IMG/VR virus record: IMGVR_UViG_3300047357_000359
Location: 1 to 64,000 of that record
Reading direction: 5' to 3' (one strand)
Length of the DNA: 64,000 bases
Source of the DNA: a virus
The notes below the pieces were generated by a model. The model was not told the origin of the DNA, did not search any database, and worked only from the letters and a program-made list of their open reading frames with translations. The position numbers were made by a program, and so were the translations under genes. Shown one piece after another: positions 18,152 through 27,619 of the stretch (within the stretch, counting starts at the first letter, position 1; each line of letters begins with the position of its first letter).

Positions 18152-19330
18152 ATGATTGACAAAACCCCATTTGAAAACACAGTTGATGATTTGAAAAAGT
18201 CAGGTAACTATCGAGTCTTTAACGACATCTTACGTGAAAGAGGAGAGTTTCCTAATGCCATCTGGTATGGGAAGTATGCTATAAAAAATATAGTAAACTG
18301 GTGTTCAAATGATTACCTAGGAATGGGTCAGCATAAGGTGGTTCTAGACGCAATGCATACTGCACTTGATCAAACAGGAGCAGGATCAGGCGGGACTAGA
18401 AATATTGCGGGTACAAGTCATTATCACGTTGCCCTAGAGAACGAACTCGCCCAACTGCATAGCAAAGGAGCGGCTTTACTCTATACATCAGCATATGTAG
18501 CAAATGAATGGACTCTAATTGCGTTAAAACGTATCATTCCCGACATTGTTTTTATTAGTGATAGCAAGAATCACGCTTCCCTCATTCAAGGAATACGAAA
18601 CAGTGGTGCAGAAAAGAAAATATTTAGGCACAATGATCTTGAGCATTTAGAAGAACTACTGCGAGACGTCAAAGGCACACCTTGTATTGTCTTTGAGTCC
18701 GTGTATAGCATGGATGGATACGTCAGTGACATACCAGGCATTGTTGCTCTTGCTGAGAAGTACGGTGCTATTACATATCTCGATGAAGTCCACGCCGTTG
18801 GCCTGTATGGTGAAACAGGTGCAGGATATTCTGCAGAGCAAGGATCACAGGACAAAATCGATATACTGAATGGCACCTTAGGGAAAGCCTACGGAGTGCA
18901 GGGAGGATACATTGCAAGTGATAGTATTATCATTGATGCTATTCGCTCTGTTGCTTCGGGGTTTATTTTTACTACTTCAATGAGTCCTGTTATTTGTGCA
19001 GGAGCATTAGCTAGTGTAAAATATTTGAGAGACCATAACGAACTACGAGAACAACACCAGGAACGAGCCAAAAGACTTAAGAAACTTCTTACCAACAGGG
19101 ACATCCCTATCTTCGAAAATGTGACCCACATCGTTCCTATTAAGATCGGAGATGCTAAGAAGTGTAAAGCTATAAGTGACGAACTTATAAATGAGTATGG
19201 AATTTACTGTCAAGCAATCAACTATCCAACAGTTGAAGTAGGTACGGAGCGCCTACGACTTGCGCCGACACCTTTCCATTCGAATGCAATGATGCATCAA
19301 TTAATTGAAGCTCTACAGAAAGTACTATAA
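18152..19330 (+). CDS. hemA: 5-aminolevulinate synthase
   Basis: WCSNDYLGM, GAGSGGTRNIAGT, FESVYSMDG, LDEVHAVG, GTLGKAYG, INYPTV..GTERLR. Confidence 0.95.
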   Translation: MIDKTPFENTVDDLKKSGNYRVFNDILRERGEFPNAIWYGKYAIKNIVNWCSNDYLGMGQHKVVLDAMHTALDQTGAGSGGTRNIAGTSHYHVALENELAQLHSKGAALLYTSAYVANEWTLIALKRIIPDIVFISDSKNHASLIQGIRNSGAEKKIFRHNDLEHLEELLRDVKGTPCIVFESVYSMDGYVSDIPGIVALAEKYGAITYLDEVHAVGLYGETGAGYSAEQGSQDKIDILNGTLGKAYGVQGGYIASDSIIIDAIRSVASGFIFTTSMSPVICAGALASVKYLRDHNELREQHQERAKRLKKLLTNRDIPIFENVTHIVPIKIGDAKKCKAISDELINEYGIYCQAINYPTVEVGTERLRLAPTPFHSNAMMHQLIEALQKVL

Positions 19331-19332
19331 CA

Positions 19333-19761
19333 ATGATGAAAAACTTTAATATAAAGAAAGCGTTTTGGTTTACGCTAGGATGTCTACTATTAGGTGTAGC
19401 GTTTGTAGGAATCTACCTACCAGGCTTACCTTGGAGTACACCCGCAGTTGGTGCCGCATATTGTTTTGCGAAGTCAAGTGATAGAATGCACAACTGGATT
19501 ATGAACCATAAACTATTTGGTCCGTTTCTACGTGGCTGGAGCGAGAAGAGAGTATTTCCAACTAAAGGAAAATATTTAATGATCGTAACAATGTGTTCAA
19601 GTTTAGTTATTATGTGGTTTACTACAGGTAACTTAAAAGCAATAGCATGGACTGGCGGCTTCATGGTCCTTGTTGCTATTTGGGCGTGGAGATATCCAGG
19701 TTCACATAAAGAACATGCTCTTAGAAAAGCAGAAGGCCGAAAGATAGCATGGCTGAAGTAG
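19333..19761 (+). CDS. ybaN: YbaN (DUF454) membrane protein
   Basis: G..LPGLP.STP...A..CFAKSS.R.H.W...H..FGP.L..W. Confidence 0.85.
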   Translation: MMKNFNIKKAFWFTLGCLLLGVAFVGIYLPGLPWSTPAVGAAYCFAKSSDRMHNWIMNHKLFGPFLRGWSEKRVFPTKGKYLMIVTMCSSLVIMWFTTGNLKAIAWTGGFMVLVAIWAWRYPGSHKEHALRKAEGRKIAWLK

Positions 19762-19931
19762 ACTTTAATCAAATGAACGGCTTGGAGGTATTAGTGTATC
19801 TCCTTGCCAACGAACCAGCACTATGGGGAATAATTGGACTTGGTGTTATTGCATTTATAGGTAGTATGATATTTGATAAATGGAATGACAGAGAGCAAGT
19901 AAATCAAGATAACTACCCACATATGCATTAA
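19749..19931 (+). CDS. Small membrane protein
   Basis: Single TM helix. Confidence 0.55.
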   Translation: MAEVDFNQMNGLEVLVYLLANEPALWGIIGLGVIAFIGSMIFDKWNDREQVNQDNYPHMH

Positions 19932-20056
19932 TAGTTGGTAACCCACCTAGCTTTAACATACCTTAGACCATTTATGCTAGTTTAACTTATAAACTTCCTT
20001 CTTTAAATAATTGACTGAGTCGACGTTGACTTAGTATTTTAGAAAGGAGATCTTAT

Positions 20057-20290
20057 ATGGAAATCTTAAATAAAGTAAAAACTTGGGCAAGTGCCATTAC
20101 TGAGGTAGGTGTATCACTTATCGCTTTAGGTATCGTGCTTGAAGTTTTATTCAACGGGCAGAACATTCCGTTCTGGCCAAACATCAGCGTAGTAGACAAC
20201 ATCACTGGAATGATAACAGCGTTATCTGCACAGGGCTTAGTTGGTCTAGTTGCTGTATGGGTGTTATATTCAATTTACAATCGCAAGTAA
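20057..20290 (+). CDS. Small two-TM membrane protein
   Basis: AAGGAG SD; two hydrophobic segments. Confidence 0.8.
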   Translation: MEILNKVKTWASAITEVGVSLIALGIVLEVLFNGQNIPFWPNISVVDNITGMITALSAQGLVGLVAVWVLYSIYNRK

Positions 20291-20312
20291 GAAAGCATAA
20301 CACTTTTAAGTT

Positions 20313-20350
20313 ATGGCAGAGCCGTCTTGGCGGACAGCTCTGTCATTTTT
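20313..20350 (+). terminator. Intrinsic terminator
   Basis: ATGGCAGAGC...GCTCTGTCAT stem followed by a T-tract, between convergent genes. Confidence 0.7.
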
Positions 20351-20353
20351 AAT

Positions 20354-20401
20354 TTATCTTCCTGATACCCAGTCTTGTTCGTCTTCAGTGTAAGGCCACA
20401 T
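20354..20401 (-). CDS. 15-aa micropeptide MWPYTEDEQDWVSGR
   Basis: TAATG stop/start overlap with the upstream ORF and a GGAGG SD. Confidence 0.4.
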   Translation of the reverse strand: MWPYTEDEQDWVSGR

Positions 20402-20505
20402 TAGTGAAAATACCCTCCCCAGAACAATCCGTTAACAAGCATTACGCCTACTAGGATTGACATCATAATACTAAATGGAATTAGTGCAGATATAACATTA
20501 CGCAT
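20401..20505 (-). CDS. 34-aa hydrophobic micro-protein
   Basis: MRNVISALIPFSIMMSILVGVMLVNGLFWGGYFH, overlaps the DUF1127 stop. Confidence 0.5.
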   Translation of the reverse strand: MRNVISALIPFSIMMSILVGVMLVNGLFWGGYFH

Positions 20506-20740
20506 GAGCTTTACCTTTCCAAGTTGCTACAGGTTTCCCTCGCATATAATGGTCGCCAGCTTCATATTTGTCCTTGGCTTCCATATCACGAATTGGTTCA
20601 TCAGCAATATAATCTATATCACCACGTTTGATTCCTATATCTCTCAAGTCATGATCAGTTAGGCTATGTAATACTGCTCTAGTATTTCTAGCACGAGTGT
20701 GGGCTTTTGAAATTTTAAATAATCTAGCGAAGAATGACAT
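20498..20740 (-). CDS. DUF1127 (YjiS-like) small protein
   Basis: R.TR..L..LTDHDLRDIGI.RGDI. Confidence 0.9.
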   Translation of the reverse strand: MSFFARLFKISKAHTRARNTRAVLHSLTDHDLRDIGIKRGDIDYIADEPIRDMEAKDKYEAGDHYMRGKPVATWKGKAHA

Positions 20741-20955
20741 TACTTAATCCTCCCTTGATCAACCATTAAGTTACGTGCTTGTTCGTGATAGCCTTGACGT
20801 GATAGTTCAGCGGCCGCTCTAGCTCTGCCTGCTGATTCACCAAACGCAATCAGTCCAATCCACATACCTAATAGTACGTTTCTAATTACTACACACGTTT
20901 TGCATGTAAAGTCCCAAGTTGTTTCTCTTAATTCTATAGCAGTCATTATACCCAT
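20740..20955 (-). CDS. Small protein in DUF1127 operon
   Basis: GRARAAAELSRQGY helix; translationally coupled. Confidence 0.65.
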   Translation of the reverse strand: MGIMTAIELRETTWDFTCKTCVVIRNVLLGMWIGLIAFGESAGRARAAAELSRQGYHEQARNLMVDQGRIK

Positions 20956-21209
20956 CCTCTTAAATTTTTGTTAGTTGTAGCGTTGCTCATTCTTTTATCA
21001 TGAAAATTGCCTAAAGCAATTGATGTAATATCAGAACGTCCAATGCCTAAATCACGTAGTTCGTGATCTGTTAGTTGGGATAATTCCTTGTGTGTTCTAC
21101 GAATCGCGGCTTTGTTAGCTCTGTTTCGTTTCCATTCCTTTACTAAATCCATCAAGCCAGCTATAGCGTCTTGAATCACAGTTGATACTGTCATAATTGC
21201 TTGTGTCAT
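20946..21209 (-). CDS. DUF1127 (YjiS-like) small protein
   Basis: RRT..ELSQLTDHELRDLGIGRSDI. Confidence 0.9.
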   Translation of the reverse strand: MTQAIMTVSTVIQDAIAGLMDLVKEWKRNRANKAAIRRTHKELSQLTDHELRDLGIGRSDITSIALGNFHDKRMSNATTNKNLRGWV

Positions 21210-21388
21210 TAGTTATGTACTCCCATCTTAGGACCTTTGCCCTGGTGGGTTAACATATAGTGAAAGGCATATTGCCAATCTTTTCCGTACTCTGTTTTGG
21301 CGTAAGTGAGCATCTCTTTTTCGAAAGCCTTGGACGGGCTTGGGTTTCCAAGTAAACTCACAAGGCCGTTGAATAGCATAGTAGCCAT
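21209..21388 (-). CDS. Small hypothetical protein, first gene of DUF1127 operon
   Basis: Start MATMLF after AAGGAG; YAKTEYGKDWQYA. Confidence 0.7.
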   Translation of the reverse strand: MATMLFNGLVSLLGNPSPSKAFEKEMLTYAKTEYGKDWQYAFHYMLTHQGKGPKMGVHN

Positions 21389-21414
21389 TTTACTTCTCCT
21401 TATATAAGTTTTGT

Positions 21415-21535
21415 GGATGCTTGAGGAAAGCAATACCCCGGAACTTCCCCGGCGGTGCGTGAACCTTTGGTCCCCGTCAATCACTTGTAACGGATGGATA
21501 ATCCGCATTGTCTATCCAATGTGTCTGTGTGTGGA
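21415..21535 (-). ncRNA. Unclassified multi-hairpin structured 5' leader
   Basis: Five consecutive GC-rich hairpins between an ATAAATA motif (about 21572) and the SD. Confidence 0.6.
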
Positions 21536-21811
21536 AGCTTCAAAATCATTGCAACTTTTCTACTTCACCTGTATTTATTAAATACGCACAAAAGTCGGGC
21601 CTTAAAAGAGTGTGATTTCCATGTTTTTTTTGTAAAGGCTGTTATGCTCTTAGTGCATGGATAAGTTGTTGCTAATATTAGCATGTTCTTATAAGAACCG
21701 TGTTTTTGCTTTGGTAGTATAAGTATTAATATGCACTTGACTTTTTAAGTTATTGTGTTACTATAATAAACATTGTGATTAACTATCAGGTGAAAGCCGG
21801 GAGACAACACA

Positions 21812-22876
21812 ATGAATAAACTTTTCGTAAACATAAGGTACTTCATTGCACCATTGTTAATACTTGTAACACTCGCAGGAGTGTTGGCAGGTGGAGCATG
21901 GGCATGGACAGGTGTAGGCTTATTGGGAGTAGGCATTATACTTGACACACTTATCACTAAACACACTCGTGGAGCAGTTGATGAGAATGGAGAGACCTTA
22001 GGTATCCCCTGGTTACAGAATACAGTAATGTATTTGATGTTACCAGTCTTTGTAGCATTACAGTTAGCTCTTGCTTACCAAATATTTAATGGTATGGCAG
22101 GTGCAGAACTATTAGGTGCTACACTATCAACAGGTATATTTGCAGGCATAGGTATAATCTATGGGCATGAACTATCGCACACCAAAGGCATTGCATTTGT
22201 AATAAGCCGCTGGATGATGGGACTATCAGGTTCAGCACATTTCTGTTATGCTCATGTGTACAATCATCATTTGGAATTAGCAAGTGAAGATGATCCTGCA
22301 ACTGCACCAAGAGGACGTGATATCTATTCACACTATATCAAATCACACTTAGGACAATCTAAGTTCTTGTTTGAAATGGAAAGAGGTAGATTGAAACGTT
22401 TAGGTAAACCTTTCTTGTCCGTAAGTAACAGATGGATAAGAGGTTACATGATGAGTGTACCTACACTTGCATTGTTCTTCTTTGCAGGTGGTTGGTTAGG
22501 TGTCGCATGTATCGGACTTGTTTGGTTAATATCAAACTTCGAACTTGAAGCACTTAACTATCTAGAACACTATGGTTTGATTCGTGTTAAAAGCGAACCA
22601 ATAGACTATAGACACTCATGGGATAACTCAACATTATTCACAAGCTGGTTCTTCATAGAGATTGGTCGCCAGGCTGATCATCATGACAGAGGTGAAACAC
22701 ACTTCTGGGAACTTGACGAAGTAGGTGCACCTAACACAGGTGTAGGTTACTTCACACTCTTTGCATTAGCATTAGTACCACCAGTGTTCAATAGCTTTAT
22801 GAAAAAGCATTTGGACAAATGGGATAAAGAAATGGCTACTGAAGCAGAAAGAGAAATAGGAAAACAGTTCGTTTAA
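21812..22876 (+). CDS. alkB: Alkane 1-monooxygenase (membrane di-iron)
   Basis: HELSH, HVYNHH..., DPATAPRG, NYLEHYG, RQADHH His boxes. Confidence 0.9.
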   Translation: MNKLFVNIRYFIAPLLILVTLAGVLAGGAWAWTGVGLLGVGIILDTLITKHTRGAVDENGETLGIPWLQNTVMYLMLPVFVALQLALAYQIFNGMAGAELLGATLSTGIFAGIGIIYGHELSHTKGIAFVISRWMMGLSGSAHFCYAHVYNHHLELASEDDPATAPRGRDIYSHYIKSHLGQSKFLFEMERGRLKRLGKPFLSVSNRWIRGYMMSVPTLALFFFAGGWLGVACIGLVWLISNFELEALNYLEHYGLIRVKSEPIDYRHSWDNSTLFTSWFFIEIGRQADHHDRGETHFWELDEVGAPNTGVGYFTLFALALVPPVFNSFMKKHLDKWDKEMATEAEREIGKQFV

Positions 22877-22882
22877 CCCTGT

Positions 22883-22914
22883 TGGGGTGCAATCACAAGT
22901 TGCACCCTTTCTTT
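22883..22914 (+). terminator. Intrinsic terminator
   Basis: GGGTGCAA...TTGCACCC followed by TTTCTTT. Confidence 0.75.
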
Positions 22915-22940
22915 CTAATTGCTGGATAAATACATATACA

Positions 22941-22990
22941 ACGTTCAGCCGATATAGGCCGGAAGTAAGCAACTATGCTGAAGGAACGCA
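22941..22990 (+). ncRNA. Glutamine riboswitch (glnA-type motif)
   Basis: P1 CGTTC/GAACG, P2 GCC/GGC, junction CGGA, E-loop AGTA/GAA, P3 AGCA/TGCT. Confidence 0.8.
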
Positions 22991-23014
22991 CTTAACTGTA
23001 AAAAGGAGAGTGTA

Positions 23015-23206
23015 ATGAACAGATACGATTACCTACTTAAATCATACCGTGAGCAAAAAATGAGAGAACGCAAGGAGAAAATCCTTATGAAAACTCGTAG
23101 TGAAGTAAACGTGTATGGAAATGGTACGACTGGATATACTGTTACTGCTGGAGAAAATTCTGGTAAAGTTTTAAAACATATATCTATTAACCACGACAAC
23201 AAATAA
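23015..23206 (+). CDS. Small basic protein under glutamine riboswitch
   Basis: 63 aa, AAGGAG SD; terminator GATAGGCGAGT...GCTCGCCTATTTT follows. Confidence 0.7.
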   Translation: MNRYDYLLKSYREQKMRERKEKILMKTRSEVNVYGNGTTGYTVTAGENSGKVLKHISINHDNK

Positions 23207-23298
23207 ATTGGATAGGCGAGTTAACTCAGCTCGCCTATTTTATCTTGACATAATAGATAATTAAGTATATACTAGTAGCACATTACGAGGATTGCTTA

Positions 23299-24054
23299 AT
23301 GAAACTAATCATTGCAGGGTATGGGTATGTTGGTAAGGCATACCATGCTATACTTAAAGAGTCTTGGGACGTTGAAATTCATGACCCGCGGCTTGGGTAT
23401 GTCGCTGATTTTGATAAAGTTTGCCAAGGAATCATTTGTTGTGTGTCAACGCCGTCTAACGCAGACGGATCATGTGATGGCAGTAGTGTCATTGACGTTG
23501 TTAATCAAGCAAGACAGTTAGATAATATTCCTGTGCTTGTTAAAAGTACTATTGATCTTCAAGTCTGGGATCAAATCAAAGAGTTCAACACAACCTTTAG
23601 TCCAGAGTTCCTACGTGCTGAAACAGCCGTAAAGGATCTGTGCAATGCAGAAACACACTATCTTGCTAAAGGCGATACAAACTTTTGGGCAACTATATTA
23701 ATAGAAGCTCTTGGTAAGATTAACGTGAATACTAAAAACTCCCCTGAAGAACTTATACTAATAAAGTATCTAAGAAATAGTTTCTTAGCGACTAAGGTAA
23801 GTTTCTTCAATCAAGTGTATGACTTATGTGAAGCAAGTGGTGTTAACTATACTTCAGTTGCTAATGGTGTAAGTGTAGACAAACGTATTGGTGAAAGCCA
23901 TACAAGTATAACGACAGAGCGTGGCTTTGGAGGACATTGTTTTCCTAAAGACACACTAGCTCTAACAAAGTTGGCAGAACAACATGGTGTTGATCTGTCG
24001 TTAATTGAATGTGCTATTAAGTACAATTACCAAGTAAGGAAGGACAACGTTTGA
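23299..24054 (+). CDS. ugd: UDP-glucose/GDP-mannose dehydrogenase family (short form)
   Basis: [41 protein letters not shown]. Confidence 0.85.
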   Translation: MKLIIAGYGYVGKAYHAILKESWDVEIHDPRLGYVADFDKVCQGIICCVSTPSNADGSCDGSSVIDVVNQARQLDNIPVLVKSTIDLQVWDQIKEFNTTFSPEFLRAETAVKDLCNAETHYLAKGDTNFWATILIEALGKINVNTKNSPEELILIKYLRNSFLATKVSFFNQVYDLCEASGVNYTSVANGVSVDKRIGESHTSITTERGFGGHCFPKDTLALTKLAEQHGVDLSLIECAIKYNYQVRKDNV

Positions 24055-25010
24055 AAATGAAAATTATCACAGGAAATGCTAATCCAGATTTAGCACAACA
24101 GATTGCAGAACATTGTTTTGCAACACTAGTACCGGCTAACGTATCGACGTTTGCTGATGGAGAAAGTAGCGTAGAGTTTTTAGAAAATGTACGTGGCGAA
24201 GATGTGTTTATTATACAGAGTACCTGTACACCTGTTAATGATAGTGTTATGGAACTTATGATTATGATTGATGCGGCACGTAGATCAAGTGCAAGTAGAA
24301 TTACAGCAGTCATTCCTTACTTTGGTTACGCAAGACAAGATCGTAAGAGTGCTTCACGTACTCCTATCACAGCAAAACTTGTTAGTAACTTATTAACAAC
24401 AGCAGGTGCAGATAGAATCTTAACAATGGATTTACATGCAGGACAGATACAAGGCTTCTTTGATATTCCTGTGGACGATTTAACAAGCCGTGTAGTCTTT
24501 GCAAAAGATATCAAACGTTCAATTGGTTGGAGAGATGATCCAGAAGTACAACAACAAGGAACAGTATTTGTATCACCAGACGCAGGTGGTGTTGTTCGTG
24601 CTAGGAAGTTTGCTGATATGTTTGGTGGCGACATTGCTATAGTAGACAAACGTAGACCAGAAGCAGGTAAGAGCGAAGTAATGAATCTAATTGGCGATGT
24701 ACAAGGCAAACATGCTATCCTAGTAGATGACATTGTAGACTCAGGCGGGACATTATGCAATGCGGCCAAAGCAATTATGGATGCAGGTGCTAGTAGTGTT
24801 CGTGCTTATATTACACACGGAGTATTAAGTAACGAAGCATGTCAAAAGGTTGAGAAGTCAGTACTAGATGAATTAGTAGTTACTGATACTATTCCTAATC
24901 GTTGTCCTAAGAACTGTAAGAAAACTAGACAAGTAAGTGTTAGTAACCTATTTGGCGAAGCAATACGCAGAGTTACTAATGAAGAATCAGTAAGTAGTCT
25001 GTTTGTATAA
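24051..25010 (+). CDS. prs: Ribose-phosphate pyrophosphokinase
   Basis: [45 protein letters not shown]. Confidence 0.97.
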   Translation: MKMKIITGNANPDLAQQIAEHCFATLVPANVSTFADGESSVEFLENVRGEDVFIIQSTCTPVNDSVMELMIMIDAARRSSASRITAVIPYFGYARQDRKSASRTPITAKLVSNLLTTAGADRILTMDLHAGQIQGFFDIPVDDLTSRVVFAKDIKRSIGWRDDPEVQQQGTVFVSPDAGGVVRARKFADMFGGDIAIVDKRRPEAGKSEVMNLIGDVQGKHAILVDDIVDSGGTLCNAAKAIMDAGASSVRAYITHGVLSNEACQKVEKSVLDELVVTDTIPNRCPKNCKKTRQVSVSNLFGEAIRRVTNEESVSSLFV

Positions 25011-25234
25011 TGAATTGGGAAGTACAAGATTTTAGACCAAAGAAACCAGTACCAAGTTGGGCTGAATGGATTTGGCCAAGAGACATGGCTATGTTTATCC
25101 TATGGCGATTATTCTTTTGGACTGTAATAATTCCTTTTGTTTTATTTGGTGCAGTACTAACTCCATTAGGACTCTTAATACAAATTCTCGTAATAGATTA
25201 CTTTACATATCTTCAGTGGAAGAACCAACAGTAA
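25010..25234 (+). CDS. Small membrane protein
   Basis: Hydrophobic 74-aa ORF coupled to prs. Confidence 0.6.
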   Translation: MNWEVQDFRPKKPVPSWAEWIWPRDMAMFILWRLFFWTVIIPFVLFGAVLTPLGLLIQILVIDYFTYLQWKNQQ

Positions 25235-25270
25235 TAAATACATACACAGCATAGCAAAGGAGACAATGAT

Positions 25271-25780
25271 TTGTCTGACGTACTTGTACTTAATGCAGAC
25301 GCACAACCATTATCATATCTACCCCTATCAGCAATTCAATGGAAAGAAGCAATAACCTATCTGTGGATGGATAAGGTTACAGTATTAGATTGGTATGATG
25401 ATTGGATTGTAAGTTCTCCTACTTGGGAAACTCGTGTACCGGCTGTGATCATGCTAAAGCAACAACAACGTAAACGGCGGAAGCCTCGCTTCTCTAAAGT
25501 AAACTTATACATTCGTGACTTATACACTTGCCAATACTGCGACATACAATTAATTAAAAAAGAACTTACCCTTGATCATGTTATACCTTTGAGTAAAGGT
25601 GGACGTACATCTTGGGAAAACATTGTGGCGGCTTGTATGCCTTGTAACACTCGTAAGGGTAACAAAACTGCAATGAAACCTAAACGTGAACCATATGCTC
25701 CAGACTATTACGATCTAGTTAACAAGCGTAAACAAATGGATCTAAAGATCAAACACCCTTCCTGGACCAACTACATATAA
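25271..25780 (+). CDS. HNH endonuclease (McrA-like)
   Basis: VLVLNA..., RD.YTCQYC, TLDHVIP.SKGG...WENIVAAC..CN..KG. Confidence 0.9.
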   Translation: MSDVLVLNADAQPLSYLPLSAIQWKEAITYLWMDKVTVLDWYDDWIVSSPTWETRVPAVIMLKQQQRKRRKPRFSKVNLYIRDLYTCQYCDIQLIKKELTLDHVIPLSKGGRTSWENIVAACMPCNTRKGNKTAMKPKREPYAPDYYDLVNKRKQMDLKIKHPSWTNYI

Positions 25781-25821
25781 TAGTAGTATTTAATTATACA
25801 ACTTAAAGCCATTAAATAAGA

Positions 25822-25839
25822 GTGTAAATATATTTACAC
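25822..25839. promoter_or_regulatory. Perfect 18-bp palindrome GTGTAAATATATTTACAC, copy 2
   Basis: Identical to 16438-16455. Confidence 0.7.
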
Positions 25840-25860
25840 CTAACATGAGAGGGCTCTAGG

Positions 25861-26004
25861 ATGGATTTTCGTTTTACATTGATACTTCTATTTGCTCTTG
25901 CCATGTTAGCATTATTTGTCAAGCCAGGACATGTCCCCCAAGAAAAAATTTATGATCCAGACGAAAAGGCTTGGAACGAAGTTGACGAAATAATAAACAA
26001 ATAA
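25861..26004 (+). CDS. Small membrane-anchored protein (47 aa, not in ORF track)
   Basis: MDFRFTLILLFALAMLALFVKPG...; GAGGG SD. Confidence 0.55.
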   Translation: MDFRFTLILLFALAMLALFVKPGHVPQEKIYDPDEKAWNEVDEIINK

Positions 26005-26032
26005 GAATGCCCCCGAACACTTCCGAGTGTTC

Positions 26033-26070
26033 AGAAAACCCTCTATAATGATGTAGAGGGTTTTCTTTTT
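26033..26070 (+). terminator. Intrinsic terminator
   Basis: AGAAAACCCTCTA...TAGAGGGTTTTCT followed by a T-tract. Confidence 0.75.
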
Positions 26071-26229
26071 GTTTCACTCTTGACTTTTGCTAAAACCTGT
26101 GCTATAAATAAAACTGTTTGTATAATTGTTCGAATTATGCAAAGCATGGAAGTTGGGCAACGTTGAGCCCAATCTCTTTTAACTTGTGAGCGATGTGGTA
26201 AAAGCATCAAGCAGATAGGAGAAATAATA

Positions 26230-27189
26230 ATGGACGCACTCACCCTATGGATGGCAATCGGATTTCTTTTCGCGGCCTATTCAGTAATAGCAAATGATTC
26301 AGTACAAACACTAGGTACATGGATCGCAAGTAATAACGATAAATTCAATTGGAAAATTATGTGGGGGTGTGCAAGTGCAGTTCTCCTTTATACATTGTGG
26401 TACGGTTGGACAGTAAATGGTGGAGACATCAGTTACGGTAGACTTAACAAGATACCGTTCCAAGAAATACAATGGTACCATGCGGCGGCACCAGGACTAC
26501 TATTAATACTAACAAGAATTGGCGTACCAGTGAGTACGTCATTTTTAGTTTTAAGTGCCTTTGCAAGTACATTTGTATTAGAGAAGATGCTCGTAAAGAG
26601 TATGATGGGATATGCAGTCGCGGCTGTGGCGGCATATTGTATTTGGATAGTGGTTACTAAACTACTAGATGAAGCAAAGCCTGTTAAAGAAGAACATAAG
26701 AAAGCATGGCGTGTAGCACAATGGGTAACAACAGGCTTCCTGTGGTTTACTTGGCTCAGTCATGACATGGCAAACATTGCCGTGTTCCTACCTAGAGAGA
26801 TACCTTGGGACTTAATGGTTATTATCTCACTTGTATTTGTAGGCGGACTTGCTTATATGTTTAAAGAAGGCGGAGGTAAGATACAAAAGATTGTTATTGA
26901 AAAGCACAATACAAGATATGTTCGTAGTGCTACTATCATTGACGGTGTGTATTGGTTGATCCTTTGGTTCTTCAAAGAGTATAACGATATACCTATGTCG
27001 ACAACTTGGGTGTTCGTTGGACTATTATGTGGACGTGAACTTGCTATGGCAACTATGACAGGCAAGGAAAAGTTCAAGACAGTATTTCCACTTGTAACTA
27101 AAGACTTCATTAAGATGATGATTGGCTTGGGTGCTTCTGTGGGAGTAGTGTTAATGATACACTATGTTATCGTACCAAACGGATATTAA
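26230..27189 (+). CDS. PiT/PHO4-like inorganic phosphate transporter-related membrane protein
   Basis: Duplicated signatures ANDSVQ...GVPVSTS and HDMAN...PMSTT; multiple TMs. Confidence 0.7.
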   Translation: MDALTLWMAIGFLFAAYSVIANDSVQTLGTWIASNNDKFNWKIMWGCASAVLLYTLWYGWTVNGGDISYGRLNKIPFQEIQWYHAAAPGLLLILTRIGVPVSTSFLVLSAFASTFVLEKMLVKSMMGYAVAAVAAYCIWIVVTKLLDEAKPVKEEHKKAWRVAQWVTTGFLWFTWLSHDMANIAVFLPREIPWDLMVIISLVFVGGLAYMFKEGGGKIQKIVIEKHNTRYVRSATIIDGVYWLILWFFKEYNDIPMSTTWVFVGLLCGRELAMATMTGKEKFKTVFPLVTKDFIKMMIGLGASVGVVLMIHYVIVPNGY

Positions 27190-27557
27190 AGTTTAATTTC
27201 TGTTAAACCATTTTCCCTATCAAGGTATTTAAAATCTATCTTGGTAGGGTTATATTTTTGCAACCAATCAAATACTATATTAGGATCAAATACTCCGCAA
27301 GTATATACATCAAGTTGTATCATAGCAGGATCTGTTTCATCCCATGTGTGTATTATAACATGACTAGTTTCTATAATAGTAGCAACAGTCAACCCTCTAT
27401 TACCTTTCATATTACAATATTTGGCATATGGTCCCATTAGGATCTTCATACCTATTGCTTCTATCAAGGCTTTTACATCATTACTTGTAAGGGTTTCATC
27501 TGTTGGCGGATTAGTAACTTCCGCTCGAATTATCACATGTTTGTGAACTAACTGCAT
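27186..27557 (-). CDS. speD: S-adenosylmethionine decarboxylase proenzyme
   Basis: IIETSHVIIHTW.E...LDVYTCG. Confidence 0.85.
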   Translation of the reverse strand: MQLVHKHVIIRAEVTNPPTDETLTSNDVKALIEAIGMKILMGPYAKYCNMKGNRGLTVATIIETSHVIIHTWDETDPAMIQLDVYTCGVFDPNIVFDWLQKYNPTKIDFKYLDRENGLTEIKL

Positions 27558-27619
27558 TTATGTCAGAGTTATTTATAACAAAGTTCTAATAAATACTCAT
27601 ATTACTGAGAGGGAAAACG

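Noticed and set aside
21415-21535. Cobalamin riboswitch
   Set aside because: It has GGGAA and CCGG elements, but I could not find the B12-box or the GCCCCCGCAACTGT core, so it is kept as an unclassified leader.
26080-26135. Pho box upstream of the PiT-like transporter
   Set aside because: Only weak CTGT/TTGT words are present, with no convincing 11-bp-phased CTGTCAT repeats.
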